This document shows positions 40,879-52,144 of a DNA stretch of 64,000 bases, in pieces. The notes under the pieces are model-generated. The model was not told where the DNA came from and ran no database searches. It saw nothing but the letters and a program-made list of their open reading frames with translations. The translations under genes were made by a program, and so were the position numbers. This stretch comes from Terriglobia bacterium (GTDB lineage Bacteria > Acidobacteriota > Terriglobia > JAJPHL01 > JAPKYU01), in contig CBDBKE010000004.1 in assembly GCA_965206645.1 (NCBI GenBank), positions 704,001 through 768,000 of the forward strand. The letters run 5' to 3'. Within the stretch, counting starts at the first letter, position 1; every line of letters starts with the position of its first letter.

Positions 40879-42399
40879 ATGGGTTTTGCGATTTTCCTGG
40901 CGTGCGCGGTTTGGCTGCTGTTCTTCTACGGCCTGGGGGACGTGGGGCTACTGGGCCCCGATGAGCCCCGTTACGCGCAGGTGGCCCGCGAGATGCTCCG
41001 CAGCGGCGACTACATCACGCCGCACCTGAACGGAGAACCCTGGCTGGAAAAACCGCCGCTGTACTACTGGCTGGCAGCCGGCTCCTTCCGCCTCTTCGGG
41101 GTCACGGAGTGGTCCGCACGACTCCCTTCGGCATTGGCCGCTGCCGCCTTCCTGCCGCTGTTTGGGTGGGTGGTGCGTCGGCTGTTCCGCGGGGAAACGT
41201 GGCGCTATGCGCTGCTGGTGTTGGCCTCATCGCTCGGCTGGATGGGGTTTGCCCGCGGGGTCAGCCCGGACATTTGCTTCAGTGCAGCACTGGCGGGCGC
41301 GTTGGGCCTGCTGGCGGTCTGGGTTTGGCAGGGGCATGACTCGCTGCTATACGGGTTCTACGCGTTGCTGGCGATTGCCGTGCTGGCCAAGGGCCCGGTC
41401 GCCATCGTCTTGAGCGCGCTGGTGCTGCTCAGCTACTGCCTCGCCACCGGCGAATACCGATGGCTACTGCGCGTGCTGGCGCCTTGGCCGCTGCTACTAT
41501 TCCTGCTGCTCACGCTGCCCTGGTACCTCGCCGTCTACTCTTCTAATGGCGACCGGTTTGTCGAGGAGTTTATCCTCAAGCACCACTTCAGCCGCTACCT
41601 GACTTCGGAACTGAAGCACCCGGGGCCCTGGTGGTACTACCTGCCGGTGCTGCTGGCGGGGATGTTTCCCTGGAGCGCACACCTGGCCCTGATCGTGGCC
41701 AACATGGCAAGATTGGGCTGGCGAGGGCTGCGCAATGATCAGCGCCGGCTTTTCTTGCTGGCCTGGATCGTTCCCGCTGTGGTGTTCTTTTCCGCCTCGC
41801 AAGCTAAGCTGCCCGGATATGTGCTGGTGACCGTGCCAGCGATGGCTATTTGGATCGGCGAGGAACTGGCGCGCGCCCCGGCCAGCCGGCTGCGCTGGGT
41901 ATTCCTGGGGCAGGCGCTGTTGCTGCCAGCCACGGCGGTACTCGTTGGAGTGCTGCCGCTGGCGCTTGCTGAGGGAGCACGTTCCGCCCTCGCTGAGGTG
42001 GGGGCACAGCCGCTGGACCCGTTGCTGGTTGCGCTGACGCTGGTTGGAGCAATTGTGCTGGTCACCATCACCTGGCGCGGGCGGCGCCTGGGTGCAACCG
42101 TGCTGGCCACCGCGCTGACTGCGGCCACCTTCGTCCGTCTGCTTGGCCTGGTAGCGGCGCCTGTGGACCAACTGGCCTCCGCTCGACCACTGGCACGCCA
42201 GATCCAGGCCCGGGGCATTCCTGCCTCCCAGCTTACCCTCAGCCCCGGCGTGCGCCGCCACATCGAGTACGGCCTGGAGTTCTACCTGGACCACCAGCTG
42301 TCGCGGGGCACCTCGGCTCCCTACGAGCTGACCCTGGACGGACGTCTCCAGCCGCAGGCGCCGGACCACATAAGGAGTAACAACCATGGCGACAGGTGA
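40879..42399 (+). CDS. ArnT/PMT-family (GT39/GT83) membrane glycosyltransferase
   Basis: PDEPRYAQVAREM, WLEKPPLYYW, ARLPSA, LAKGPV, KLPGYVL; many TM segments. Confidence 0.9.
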   Translation: MGFAIFLACAVWLLFFYGLGDVGLLGPDEPRYAQVAREMLRSGDYITPHLNGEPWLEKPPLYYWLAAGSFRLFGVTEWSARLPSALAAAAFLPLFGWVVRRLFRGETWRYALLVLASSLGWMGFARGVSPDICFSAALAGALGLLAVWVWQGHDSLLYGFYALLAIAVLAKGPVAIVLSALVLLSYCLATGEYRWLLRVLAPWPLLLFLLLTLPWYLAVYSSNGDRFVEEFILKHHFSRYLTSELKHPGPWWYYLPVLLAGMFPWSAHLALIVANMARLGWRGLRNDQRRLFLLAWIVPAVVFFSASQAKLPGYVLVTVPAMAIWIGEELARAPASRLRWVFLGQALLLPATAVLVGVLPLALAEGARSALAEVGAQPLDPLLVALTLVGAIVLVTITWRGRRLGATVLATALTAATFVRLLGLVAAPVDQLASARPLARQIQARGIPASQLTLSPGVRRHIEYGLEFYLDHQLSRGTSAPYELTLDGRLQPQAPDHIRSNNHGDR

Positions 42400-43164
42400 G
42401 TTGCCGCCCTCCTCTCCGAAATCTCCCAAAGGGGCGAGCGACAGGCTGGAAGTGCGGGAAAAAGTCCGGAAGGCCTCCCGGAGAAGGTTGCGGTGGGCGG
42501 CTCTTGGAGTCGTGCTCGCTCTTCTGGGGATGACTGCCAGATGGTGGCTCAACCGGGCTCCACTCCAACCAGGAGGTCCGGAATTGGCGCCGGCCAACTT
42601 GCTCTTCGTCATGGGCGCACTAGAGGCGCGGGGCGCCTTGGAGAGATCGCTGCGATTAGCGCCGCATGGAGGCCGCATCGCATACAGCAAACGCGGCAGC
42701 CCCAGCATCTGGATCTCTGATTTCTCCGGGTTAGATGCTCGGAAGATTGAGCTGGGGCGAGGCGCGCATTTGTGGCCGGCGTGGTCGCCCGACGAGGCGC
42801 AACTGGTCTACGCTTCCTTCCGCGGAGGCGACCGGACGGGATTGTGGGTGACTTCTCTAAGCGACGGCGCCGAATACCAGCTTTCCCAGGGCGAAGCGGA
42901 AGCCCCGGCTTGGTCGCCCGACGGGAAATCCATCGCCTTTGTAGGACCTGACCTGCGCCTGGTCCCCTCCGCAGGAGGTACCCCGCGCTCCCTCACCGAG
43001 GCCCGGTGGACATTTTTACCCTGGACGTGCGCACAGGCGGCTTTGGGCGGCTTACTGAGGACGACGACGTTGAGTCGGAACTCCAATGGTCCCCAGACGG
43101 CAAGTCGCTCGCCTTCACCCTCAAGCGGGAAGAGCGCCAGCTCTGGCTGCTCGACAACCCGTAG
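42386..43164 (+). pseudogene. Membrane-anchored PD40 (TolB-like) repeat protein, frameshift near 43005
   Basis: TM helix, PAWSPDE, PAWSPDG; the shifted frame gives LQWSPDGKSLAF...LWLLDNP with stop at 43164. Confidence 0.6.
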
Positions 43165-43206
43165 AGTGGCGCACCGGCCCGGCTATCATGTCATCCCTAG
43201 CGCCAG

Positions 43207-44448
43207 CTATTCTGCGGCCGGCACTTCGCCCGTGGCGTCGTAATGGGTGGCCACGTAGTTCTCCAGGAGGCGGATGAAGTCCGCGACGATGGTGGAGCCT
43301 TTCAGGGTCAGCAGCAGCCGGCCGTCGGCGTAGACGGGCGCCTTGGGTTCCTCGAAGGTGCCGGGCAGGGAGATGCCGATGTGCGCGTGCTTGGACTCGC
43401 CCGGCCCGTTGACTACGCAGCCCATCACCGCCACGCGCAGCTCTTCCACGCCGGAGTGCCGCTCGCGCCACACCGGCATCTGGTCGCGCAGGTAGGTCTG
43501 AATCTGGTCGGCCATCTCCTGGAAAAAGGTACTGGTGGTGCGGCCGCAGCCTGGGCAGGCGCTGACCTGCGGAGTGAAGCTGCGAAGCCCGAGCGACTGC
43601 AGGATTTGCTGGGCCACTAGCACCTCCTCGGTACGGTCGCCGCCGGGCGCCGGAGTTAGCGAGACTCGGATGGTGTCGCCGATGCCCTCCTGCAGCAGAA
43701 TGGCCAAGGCCGCGGTGCTGGCCACGATGCCTTTGACGCCCAGGCCAGCTTCGGTCAAGCCCAGGTGCAGCGGGTACTCGCAACGGGCGGCCAGCGTGCG
43801 GTAGGTGTCAATTAGGCTCTGCGCGCTGGAGACCTTGGCGCTGAGGATGATGTCGCTGTTGGGTAGCCCGTATTCCTCGGCCCGGCGGGCCGAGCGTAGC
43901 GCGCTCTCGACCATCGCCTCCTCGGTCACTTCCTCGGCGCCGCGCGGACGCGCCTGGCGCGCGTTTTCATCCATCAGCCGGGTCAGAAGCGCCTGGTCCA
44001 GCGAGCCCCAATTCACACCGATCCGCACCGGCTTGCCGTGATCGAGCGCCACTCGGATCATGGTGCGGAAATTCTCATCCTGTTTCTTGCCGATATCTAC
44101 ATTGCCGGGGTTGATGCGGTACTTGGCCAGCCGCCGGGCGCACTCCGGATAGCGGCTCAGCAGCAAGTGTCCGTTGTAATGGAAGTCGCCGATCAGGGGA
44201 ACGCTCACCCCTCTGGCTTCCAGGCCGTCGGCGATAGCGGGCACTGCCTTCGCCGCAGCCTCGGTGTTGACGGTGATCCGCACTAGCTCCGAGCCGGCCC
44301 TGGCCAGCGTCGCCGCCTGCTCGACCGTAGCGTTCACGTCGACGGTGTCGGTGTTGGTCATGGATTGCACGACGATCGGGTGCGGACCGCCGACCTTCAC
44401 GTCGCCGACCTCCGCCACTACCGATTTTCTGCGCCGGATCTCGGCCAT
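43207..44448 (-). CDS. ispG: (E)-4-hydroxy-3-methylbut-2-enyl-diphosphate synthase
   Basis: [52 protein letters not shown]. Confidence 0.97.
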   Translation of the reverse strand: MAEIRRRKSVVAEVGDVKVGGPHPIVVQSMTNTDTVDVNATVEQAATLARAGSELVRITVNTEAAAKAVPAIADGLEARGVSVPLIGDFHYNGHLLLSRYPECARRLAKYRINPGNVDIGKKQDENFRTMIRVALDHGKPVRIGVNWGSLDQALLTRLMDENARQARPRGAEEVTEEAMVESALRSARRAEEYGLPNSDIILSAKVSSAQSLIDTYRTLAARCEYPLHLGLTEAGLGVKGIVASTAALAILLQEGIGDTIRVSLTPAPGGDRTEEVLVAQQILQSLGLRSFTPQVSACPGCGRTTSTFFQEMADQIQTYLRDQMPVWRERHSGVEELRVAVMGCVVNGPGESKHAHIGISLPGTFEEPKAPVYADGRLLLTLKGSTIVADFIRLLENYVATHYDATGEVPAAE

Positions 44449-44531
44449 CGCGCTATTCTAGCATGTGTCCCACGAGCCACCGGCCCGGCTGGTCCAGGCT
44501 ATGCAGATGGAACTCGATTCGGAGACAATAG

Positions 44532-44550
44532 TGGGACTAGACTAGTCCCA
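44532..44550. promoter_or_regulatory. Perfect palindrome TGGGACTAG-A-CTAGTCCCA in a divergent intergenic region
   Basis: 9+1+9 inverted repeat abutting the ATG at 44550; function not shown. Confidence 0.4.
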
Positions 44551-46383
44551 TGACAGGCGTTCTCGTGCGTTTGCTGAAGCGCATTCCCACTCCTACCCTG
44601 AAACGCATTCCCATTCTCTCGGTGATTTTCGCCGTGCTGCTGCTGGTCAGCGTGGCGCCCTTGCTCATCTACGGCTGAATGGTCATCGGTATAAACCGGA
44701 ACGCGCTGGAGACTAACGAGCAAGAACTACAGAACACGATCACCTATTCGGTGGCCGAGGAGATCAAGCTGTATGACTCCAGCCAGCGGCAGCAGCTCCA
44801 AACCCTGCTGAAGACGCTGGAACCGACTGATCCAAAGGCGCCGTTCTGGGATTTGCCCTACATTCGCAGCACCCTGAAGCAGTTTTACGATTCCAATCCG
44901 AATCTGCTCTACGTCACCCTGCTGAACGAGCAGGCGACCGGCATCCAGTATCCCCCAGCTACGATGCGGAACGCGATCCCTTCCTGGGCAAGGCTCTGCG
45001 GGGGGCCTTTACCGCCGCCCAGCAGAACCAGCCCATGCAGAGCGACCCAGTGCTGGTACAACGCGGGCCCATGCACCTGCCAGTAATGGTGGATTCCTTG
45101 CCGGTGATGCGACGCGACCGCTTCCGCGGGATGCTGGCGGGAGTGGTGGACCTAGAGCCGCTGGTCCAGCGCTTGGGGGCTTCCAGCAGGCACGGCCTGG
45201 ACGTGTTCGTGGTGAATTCCGCCGGGCGACTGATGCTACACCACGACCTTTCCGAGCACACCATCGGACAGGACATGTCGGGGCTGCGGATCGTGGGAGA
45301 GTTTTTGCAGAAAGATGCCCCGGAACGCGGCCCGACCATTGAGTACGAGATCAGCGAGGAGGGGAGAAAAGTGCCCATGCTGGGAACCTACTCTGCGGCG
45401 CGGAGCTTGAGTTGGGCAGTCATCGCGCAGAAGCCTCAGAAAGCCGCTTATTACTCCGCCTCGCAAATGGCGCTGGTCACCACGCTGTGGGGCGTGGTGG
45501 CGCTGGTGATTAGTCTGGTAGTGGCTTACTTCTCTGCACTGAGGATCACCACCCCCATCAACGTGCTGACCCGTTCCAGCCGGGCCATCGCCCGCGGCGA
45601 CTTCAGCCAGCGCATCCACCTCAAGAGTCGCACCGAAATCGGTGAGCTGGCCGCCACCTTCAACCAGATGACTGGCGAACTGGAGCAGTACGTGGCGCAG
45701 TTGAAGCGGGCAGCCGAGGAAAACCATGAGCTATTCCTCTCCTCGATCCGCACGATTGCCGCCGCGGTGGACGAAAAGGACCCCTATACCCATGGCCACT
45801 CCGAGCGCGTCACCCGCTACTCGGTGCTGATTGGCACCCAAATGGGCCTTACCGAGGAGGAGCTTTACAAGGTCAAGATCGCCGGGCTACTTCATGACGT
45901 GGGCAAGATCGGCATCGAGGACCGCATCCTGAAGAAACCCGGTGCCCTGACGCCGGAAGAGTTCGAGATCATGAAGCAGCACACCAGCAAGGGAGCCACC
46001 ATCTTGCGGCCGATCGAGAAGCTGCAGGAGATGATCCCCGGAGTGGAGCTGCACCATGAATCGCTGGACGGCCGCGGCTATCCGCACGGAGTGAAGGGCG
46101 ACGAGATTCCGGTGATTGCGCGCATCATCAGCGTGGCCGACACCTTCCGCACGGAGTGAAGGGCGACGAGATTCCGGTGATTGCGCGCATCATCAGCGTG
46201 GCCGACACCTTTGACGCCATGACCACCCACCGACCCTACCAGGCTGCCAAGCAGCCCGAGGTGGCACTGCAGTACATCCTCTCGCAGGTCAACAAAAGAT
46301 TTGACCCCCGCTGTGCCGAGGCGCTGCAGCAATTGATCGAAAGCGGCCAGTTGCGGGCCACCCGCGCAGCTCTGGTCGTCTAA
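44550..46383 (+). pseudogene. Cache/HAMP/HD-GYP c-di-GMP phosphodiesterase, interrupted
   Basis: TM-Cache-TM-HAMP, KDPYTHGHSERV, LLHDVGKIG, HHE..DGRGYP, ADTFDAMT. Lesions: in-frame TGA at 44676, C-run frameshift near 44955, 65-bp duplication. Confidence 0.8.
46081..46210. repeat. Exact 65-bp tandem duplication (frameshifting)
   Basis: 46081-46145 equals 46146-46210. Confidence 0.92.
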
Positions 46384-46470
46384 ATCTAACATCCAAAGTT
46401 AAACATCGGAAGTCGAGGTGGGCCGGCTCGACTGCAAGGCGCGTGCTATCATTTAGCCGGGCGGTTTTGT

Positions 46471-47442
46471 ATGCCAATCCAGACGCTGTTCGGGCCACAG
46501 CCACCTTCCGGTGTCTTCGAGCGCCTGCAGCAGGCCGTCAGCTCCACCAAGGAGAACCTGACCGGCCGGCTCGACGAGGTATTTCGTGGCCACAAGGAAA
46601 TTGATCCCGAGCTGCTGGAGCAGCTCGAAATCGCCTTGATCGGAGCCGACCTGGGTGTGACGACCACTGCCGAAGTCCTAGAAGCAGTGCGGGAGCAGGT
46701 GGACCGCAACCAGGTTGCCGACGCCGCACAGGTGAGGGAACTGGTTAAGCAGCAACTGCTGGCGATCCTGAAACGCACGGCCGTCGACGGCGTCCGCCAT
46801 CCGGCCCCGCCGACCGTGGTTCTGATCGTGGGAGTGAACGGGACCGGCAAGACAACCACGATCGGCAAGCTGGCCCACCAGCTTCGGTCCGACCAGAAAC
46901 GGGTGCTTCTGTGCGCGTCCGACACGTTCCGCGCGGCCGCCATCGAGCAACTGGAAATCTGGGCTGAGCGCACCGGCTGTGACCTGGTGAAGCAAAAGCC
47001 AGGCGCCGATCCCAGTGCCGTGCTCTTCGACGCGCTTCAGGCGGCCCGGGCTCGCGGCTTGGACTGCGTGTTGGTGGATACCGCCGGCAGGCTGCACACC
47101 AAAAGTAACCTGATGGCAGAGCTGGAAAAGATGCGCCGTACCGCCGCCCGCGTCATCCCTGGGGCGCCGCACGAAGTGTTGCTGGTTCTGGACGCCACCA
47201 CCGGCCAGAATGGCCTCCAGCAGGCGCGCCAGTTCACACGCTCGGCCGGGGTCACCGGCTTGGTGCTGGCCAAGCTGGACGGTACGGCCAAAGGCGGCGT
47301 GGCCGTGGCCATCGCCCGCGAATTGAAGCTGCCCATTCACTACGTGGGCATCGGCGAAAAAAAAGACGATCTGATACCCTTCGATCCTGAGCAGTTCATT
47401 GAGTCCTTGTTCCAGGACAAGCTTTCGGAAAAGGCGTCTTGA
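46471..47442 (+). CDS. ftsY: SRP receptor FtsY
   Basis: GVNGTGKTTTIGKLA, DTFRAAA, DTAGR, DATTGQNG, KLDGTAKGG. Confidence 0.97.
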   Translation: MPIQTLFGPQPPSGVFERLQQAVSSTKENLTGRLDEVFRGHKEIDPELLEQLEIALIGADLGVTTTAEVLEAVREQVDRNQVADAAQVRELVKQQLLAILKRTAVDGVRHPAPPTVVLIVGVNGTGKTTTIGKLAHQLRSDQKRVLLCASDTFRAAAIEQLEIWAERTGCDLVKQKPGADPSAVLFDALQAARARGLDCVLVDTAGRLHTKSNLMAELEKMRRTAARVIPGAPHEVLLVLDATTGQNGLQQARQFTRSAGVTGLVLAKLDGTAKGGVAVAIARELKLPIHYVGIGEKKDDLIPFDPEQFIESLFQDKLSEKAS

Positions 47443-48620
47443 TGGGTTTCCCATCGCAGCCTGCGTTCCCAGCCACCGTCCCTCCCGCTCCCGCTTCTCC
47501 GACCGACCTAGCGTTTCTCCGACGGGCCCTGGAGCTGGCCGGGGCCGGCGAGGGGTTGACAAGTCCAAATCCGCTGGTGGGCGCAGTTGTGGTGCGCGAT
47601 GGGCGCGTCTGCGGCGAAGGCAGCTACACTTACGACGGCCTGCGCCACGCCGAAGTACAGGCGCTGGAGCAGGCAGGCGACGCGGCACGCGGCTCCACGC
47701 TCTACGTGAATCTGGAGCCCTGCTGCCACCAGGGACGCACCGGACCCTGCACGGAAGCGCTGATCCAGGCGGGTGTGGCGCACGTGGTGGGGGGCATGCG
47801 CGACCCCAACCCGCAGGTGTGCGGAAAAGGATTCGCCCGGCTGCGGGCGGCCGGCATCGCGGTCGAGGAGGCCGTGCTCGCCGAGCAGTGCCAGGGCCTG
47901 AATGAACACTTCGCTCGATACATCCGAGGCGGCGTATTCGTCACCCTGAAAGGGGCGATGACGCTGGACGGTCGGATCGCCGCTCCCGAAGCCGGCGACA
48001 AGCGGCCCGGCTGGATCACCGGCGGGGAAGCGCGCGCCTGCGTACAGCAGCTGCGCCACCGCCACGATGCGCTGGTGACCGGCGTGGGCACGGTACTGGC
48101 CGACGACCCGCTCCTGACCGACCGCAGCGGCCGGCACCGGCGCCGCACACTGCTGCGGGTGGTGCTGGACTCGGCGCTGCGCCTGCCGCCCGAAAGCCAG
48201 CTGGCTCAATCGGCGCGGGACGATGTGCTGGTCGTCTGCGCAACCGATCCGCCCCAGGCTCGCGCTCAGGCGCTCGAGCAGCGCGGGGTGGAAATCCTTC
48301 GGCTCGGCAGCAGCGGAAGCAGCGCACGGCCGGCCTGGGCAGCCGTGCTGGCTGCGTTGCGTCAACGCGAGGTCACCAGCGTGTTGCTTGAAGCCGGCGC
48401 AACCCTGAACGCCACCGCCTTGGAAAGCGGCGTTGTGGACAAGGTGATGCTCTTCTACGCGCCAAAGCTGCTGGGCGGCCAGGATGCCGTGTCACTCTTT
48501 GGCGGCCGTGGCCTCCGCTCGCTGCGGGACGCCCTGCCCGTTCGTGTCACCGATCTGCGGCCTGTCGGCGAGGATTTCCTGGTAGAAGGCTACCTGCGCC
48601 CGATCTTCGACGAGGATTGA
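47442..48620 (+). CDS. ribD: Riboflavin biosynthesis deaminase/reductase
   Basis: PNPLVGAV, HAE, LEPCCH.GRTGPC, TLDGRIA, DDPLLT, LEAG. Confidence 0.95.
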   Translation: MGFPSQPAFPATVPPAPASPTDLAFLRRALELAGAGEGLTSPNPLVGAVVVRDGRVCGEGSYTYDGLRHAEVQALEQAGDAARGSTLYVNLEPCCHQGRTGPCTEALIQAGVAHVVGGMRDPNPQVCGKGFARLRAAGIAVEEAVLAEQCQGLNEHFARYIRGGVFVTLKGAMTLDGRIAAPEAGDKRPGWITGGEARACVQQLRHRHDALVTGVGTVLADDPLLTDRSGRHRRRTLLRVVLDSALRLPPESQLAQSARDDVLVVCATDPPQARAQALEQRGVEILRLGSSGSSARPAWAAVLAALRQREVTSVLLEAGATLNATALESGVVDKVMLFYAPKLLGGQDAVSLFGGRGLRSLRDALPVRVTDLRPVGEDFLVEGYLRPIFDED

Positions 48621-48622
48621 CG

Positions 48623-49285
48623 ATGTTTACAGGCATCATTGAAGCAGCCGGACAGGTGGCGGAGTTGACCGCCCCGGCTGGCCCTGTTTTGGAAGCGGCC
48701 GGGCGCCGGCTCGTGGTGCGCGCGCCGCTGGCGTCAGAATTGCATACCTCCGACAGCATTGCTGTCAATGGAGTCTGCCTCACCGTGCTTGCCGCTGACA
48801 GCAAGTCGTTCCGCTGCGACCTGTCGCCGGAAACCGTAGACCGCACCAACCTGGGCGCGCTGGTGCCCGGTTCATTGGTGAATTTAGAGCGCCCGCTGAC
48901 GCTAAACTCGCCTCTGGGCGGGCATCTGGTCCAGGGACACGTGGACGGCGTGGCCGAAGTGCTCTCCTACCGATCTCTGGACGCTGAAGACAACTACTGG
49001 TTAGAAGCGCGTGTGCCAGCGGAGCTGCTCCGCTACGTGGCCTGGAAGGGCTCTGCGGCCCTGAATGGCATCAGCCTCACGGTAGCCTCGCTCGAAGAGG
49101 ATGTGCTGGGGTTGGCTGTTGTCCCCTACACGCACAAGCACACCAACCTGCACGCCTGCCAGCCGGGCGACCAGCTTAACCTGGAGTGTGATCTGCTGGC
49201 CCGCCACCTGGAACGCCTGCTGGCAAACGTTGAGCGCCCCGCCGAAACCCTCACCCTGGATCGCCTGGTCCAGGAAGGCTTCTAA
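48623..49285 (+). CDS. ribE: Riboflavin synthase (alpha chain)
   Basis: MFTGII, SIAVNGVCLT, VNLER, GGHLVQGHVDG, GISLT. Confidence 0.95.
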   Translation: MFTGIIEAAGQVAELTAPAGPVLEAAGRRLVVRAPLASELHTSDSIAVNGVCLTVLAADSKSFRCDLSPETVDRTNLGALVPGSLVNLERPLTLNSPLGGHLVQGHVDGVAEVLSYRSLDAEDNYWLEARVPAELLRYVAWKGSAALNGISLTVASLEEDVLGLAVVPYTHKHTNLHACQPGDQLNLECDLLARHLERLLANVERPAETLTLDRLVQEGF

Positions 49286-49391
49286 TTAAAGTTGCAAATT
49301 CTCAGATCGCTCACTATACAAAGCAGGAGATTGCAGGTCGTAATCTAAGGGATATACCTCATGTAAGATGTGGCCCAGTTAGGAGGCTCAT

Positions 49392-50785
49392 TTGAAAATT
49401 TTAGCCAAACGGTCGGTCTCTCACACCGAGCATGATCAGGTGATACATCCTAAGCTTCGCATGATGCGCAACAGCAGCGGGCGCGTAAATTTGGCTCGGT
49501 CGCAACAGTGCGCTTGCGTGGCTACCGATCAGGTCAAATTGCTGGATGAAACGCCACTCGTGCAGGCGGCCCCAGAAATCCTGCTCACGCAGAAAAGGCG
49601 GAAGAAGCGACCAAAATCCCTGGATGAGGTGGAGAGCCAGACAAGGGTAAACGTCTTTGTCGAGTTTGATGGCCGCATCAAATCCCCGGCGAAACTTGGT
49701 CTTGAAACAGGACGATTAGGCAACATTGTTACAGCGCAGGTGCCCCTGGCAGAAATCGGAGAGATCGCAGGACGTAGTGATGTCAGTTTTGTTAGTCGGG
49801 GCGATCCTCTACGCCGACCCAGATTCGCGACCTCCTTTGTTAGCGGAGTTGCCGGGAATTCCCACTCGGAAATCACTGTCCAGGCTCTTGCGGAGACCCG
49901 CAATCTGCACCGAGACGGGCTCCTAGACAACGGGAAGCCTGTTCTAATTGGTGTGATCGATGTAGATGGTTTCGACTTCAGCCGTCCGGATTTTCTCGAC
50001 CAACAAGGGCATACGCGGTTCTTTCGCATATGGGATCAAGGAGGAACCCACCGCTCGACGCCAAAAGCCAATGAAAACGCCCCCTACGACTATGGCTCCG
50101 AGCTGACTGCGGACCATTTGAACGCCGCTTTGACGGCTAACGTCGGCGTTTCTCCCGTTGATCTCGAACCTCAGTCGCAGAGTTTTGCCGGGTCGCACGG
50201 GACTCACGTAGCAAGCATTGCCGGTGGGAACAGCGGGGTCTGTCCCAGAGCGATTCTTGCGGCGGTCTTGATCGATCTACCACCTGAGGACAATGATCGT
50301 AGAAGGTCGTTCTACGATTCTACGAGGCTTGCACACGCCATTGACTATCTGTTCCGCATCGCAGACGAGTTGGGCGTTCCGGCCTCGATCAACATCAGCC
50401 TCGGGACGAATTCGCATGCGCACGACGCCAGCAGCGCGATGAGTCGCTGGGCCGACTCCGCGCTCGCGGTTCCTGGACGCAGTATTTGCGTAGCCGCTGG
50501 CAACTCAGGTCAAGAGGGTCCAATGGAAGAGGGGGATTTGGGCTTCATCATGGGCCGCATTCATACCAGCGGGCGGATTCAGGCAGCGGGCCTGGATCAC
50601 GATATCCGATGGCTCGTGGTGGGTGACGGCCTGGAAGACATTTCTGAGAACGAACTCGAGATTTGGTACGAAGCGCAAGACCGTATCTCCATATCGATCA
50701 GGACGCCCGGCGGGGACTGGATTGGACCGATCAAGCCACAAGAGTTTCTAGAGAATCATATTCTCGACGACGGGAGTCTGGTTAG
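49392..50785 (+). pseudogene. S8 (subtilase) serine protease truncated by IS3
   Basis: IGVIDVDG (Asp), HGTHVASIAGG (His), AAGNSG (oxyanion Asn); the GTSxA Ser motif is missing; no signal peptide; lower GC than flanks. Confidence 0.8.
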
Positions 50786-52119
50786 TGACCAGACCGATTT
50801 TTTGTACCAACCGTAGTGAGAGTTTACATCGCAGCCTGGGGCTGTGAAACTGGTTTCAGTGGCAGGGGAGGGCTATAGGCCCCCGGCGCCGGGGGCCTAT
50901 AGCCGAGCGCCGAGTGCGGCCGCACCGTGTTGTATTGCACCCTCCACTGTTCAATCACCACCTGTGCCTCCTTCAACGAGTAGAAGATCTCTCCATTCAG
51001 GCATTCGTCCCGCAGCTTCCCATTGAAACTCTCGCAGTACCCGTTCTCCCAGGGACTGCCCGGTTCGATGTACAGTGTCCCGGTCCCTAGATTTGCCAAC
51101 CACTGGCGCAGTTGTTTGGCGATGAACTCGGGACCATTGTCGGATCGAATCTGTTCCGGTATCCCTCGCCACAACATCACGTCCGACAACGCCTCAATGA
51201 TTTGTTGGCTGCCCATCCTCCGCTCCACCCGGATCTGTTCCGGTATCCCTCGCCACAACATCACGTCCGACAACGCCTCAATGATTTGTTGGCTGCCCAT
51301 CCTCCGCTCCACCCGGATCGCCAGGCATTCCCGCGTGTACTCATCCAGCAAGGTCAGCAGCCGCAGCGTTCTCCCCTCGTGCGTTCTGGCACTCATGAAG
51401 TCGTAGCTCCACACGTGGTTCGGTCGCTCCGGCCTCAGTCGTACACAGGAACCGTCGTTCAGCCACAGCCGTCCTCGCGGCCTTTGTTTTTGCGGCACTT
51501 TCAGCCCTTCCCGCCGCCAAATCCGCTGCACCCGGTCCTTGCCCACTTCCCAGCCCGCACTCCGCAGCAACGCTGTGATCCTCCGGTAGCCATATCGCCC
51601 GTACTTCGCTCCCAGGGCAATGATCGCTCGGGTCAGAGCATCCTCGTCCACCCGATGAATCGGCTCGTATCGTTGTGTCCCTCGCCATTGCCCCAGCAGC
51701 CGGCAGGCATGCCGTTCCGACAACCCGTGTTGCTCCCACGCACGCTCCACCGCACAACGCCGCCGCTCAGGGCTCAGAAGTTTCCCTGTGCCACATCCCG
51801 CAGTACCTGCTTCTCCAGAGAAAGCTCCGCTACCAACCGCTTCAGCCGCGTGTTTTCCTTCTCCAACTCCTTTAGCCGTTTTGCCTGCACCACCTTCAGC
51901 CCGCCGTATTCCTTCCGCCACCGGTAGTAGGTTTGGGTGTGGATTCCAGCTTCTTTGCAGGCTTGGGGCGCAGTCTTCCCGTTCCCCATCTGCACTTCTA
52001 TCTGCCGTAGCACCGCTACAATCTGCTCCGGCTTGTAACTCCTTGTCGGCATGACCTCACTTCCTCCTCAAGTGGATTCTCTCTCTTTCCACTTGGTACA
52101 AAAAGTGCCGGTCAGGTCA
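50786..52119 (-). mobile_element. IS3-family insertion sequence
   Basis: IRs TGACCAGACCG..TTTTTGTACCAA and TTGGTACAAAAA..CGGTCAGGTCA. orfA 52052-51774; orfB to 50824 (YGYRR, WSYDF, RSDNGPEF, SPWENGYCESFN); GGGAAAC frameshift motif. Confidence 0.93.
51149..51316. repeat. Exact 84-bp tandem duplication inside IS3 orfB
   Basis: Encodes RVERRMGSQQIIEALSDVMLWRGIPEQI twice. Confidence 0.9.
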
Positions 52120-52144
52120 CTGTTCATCTGCAAATCCCTGCAGC

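Noticed and set aside
32849-44678. Stop-codon reassignment (in-frame TAG at 32849, TGA at 44676)
   Set aside because: TAG and TGA terminate many intact genes in this window. Both cases fit single TGG mutations or errors.
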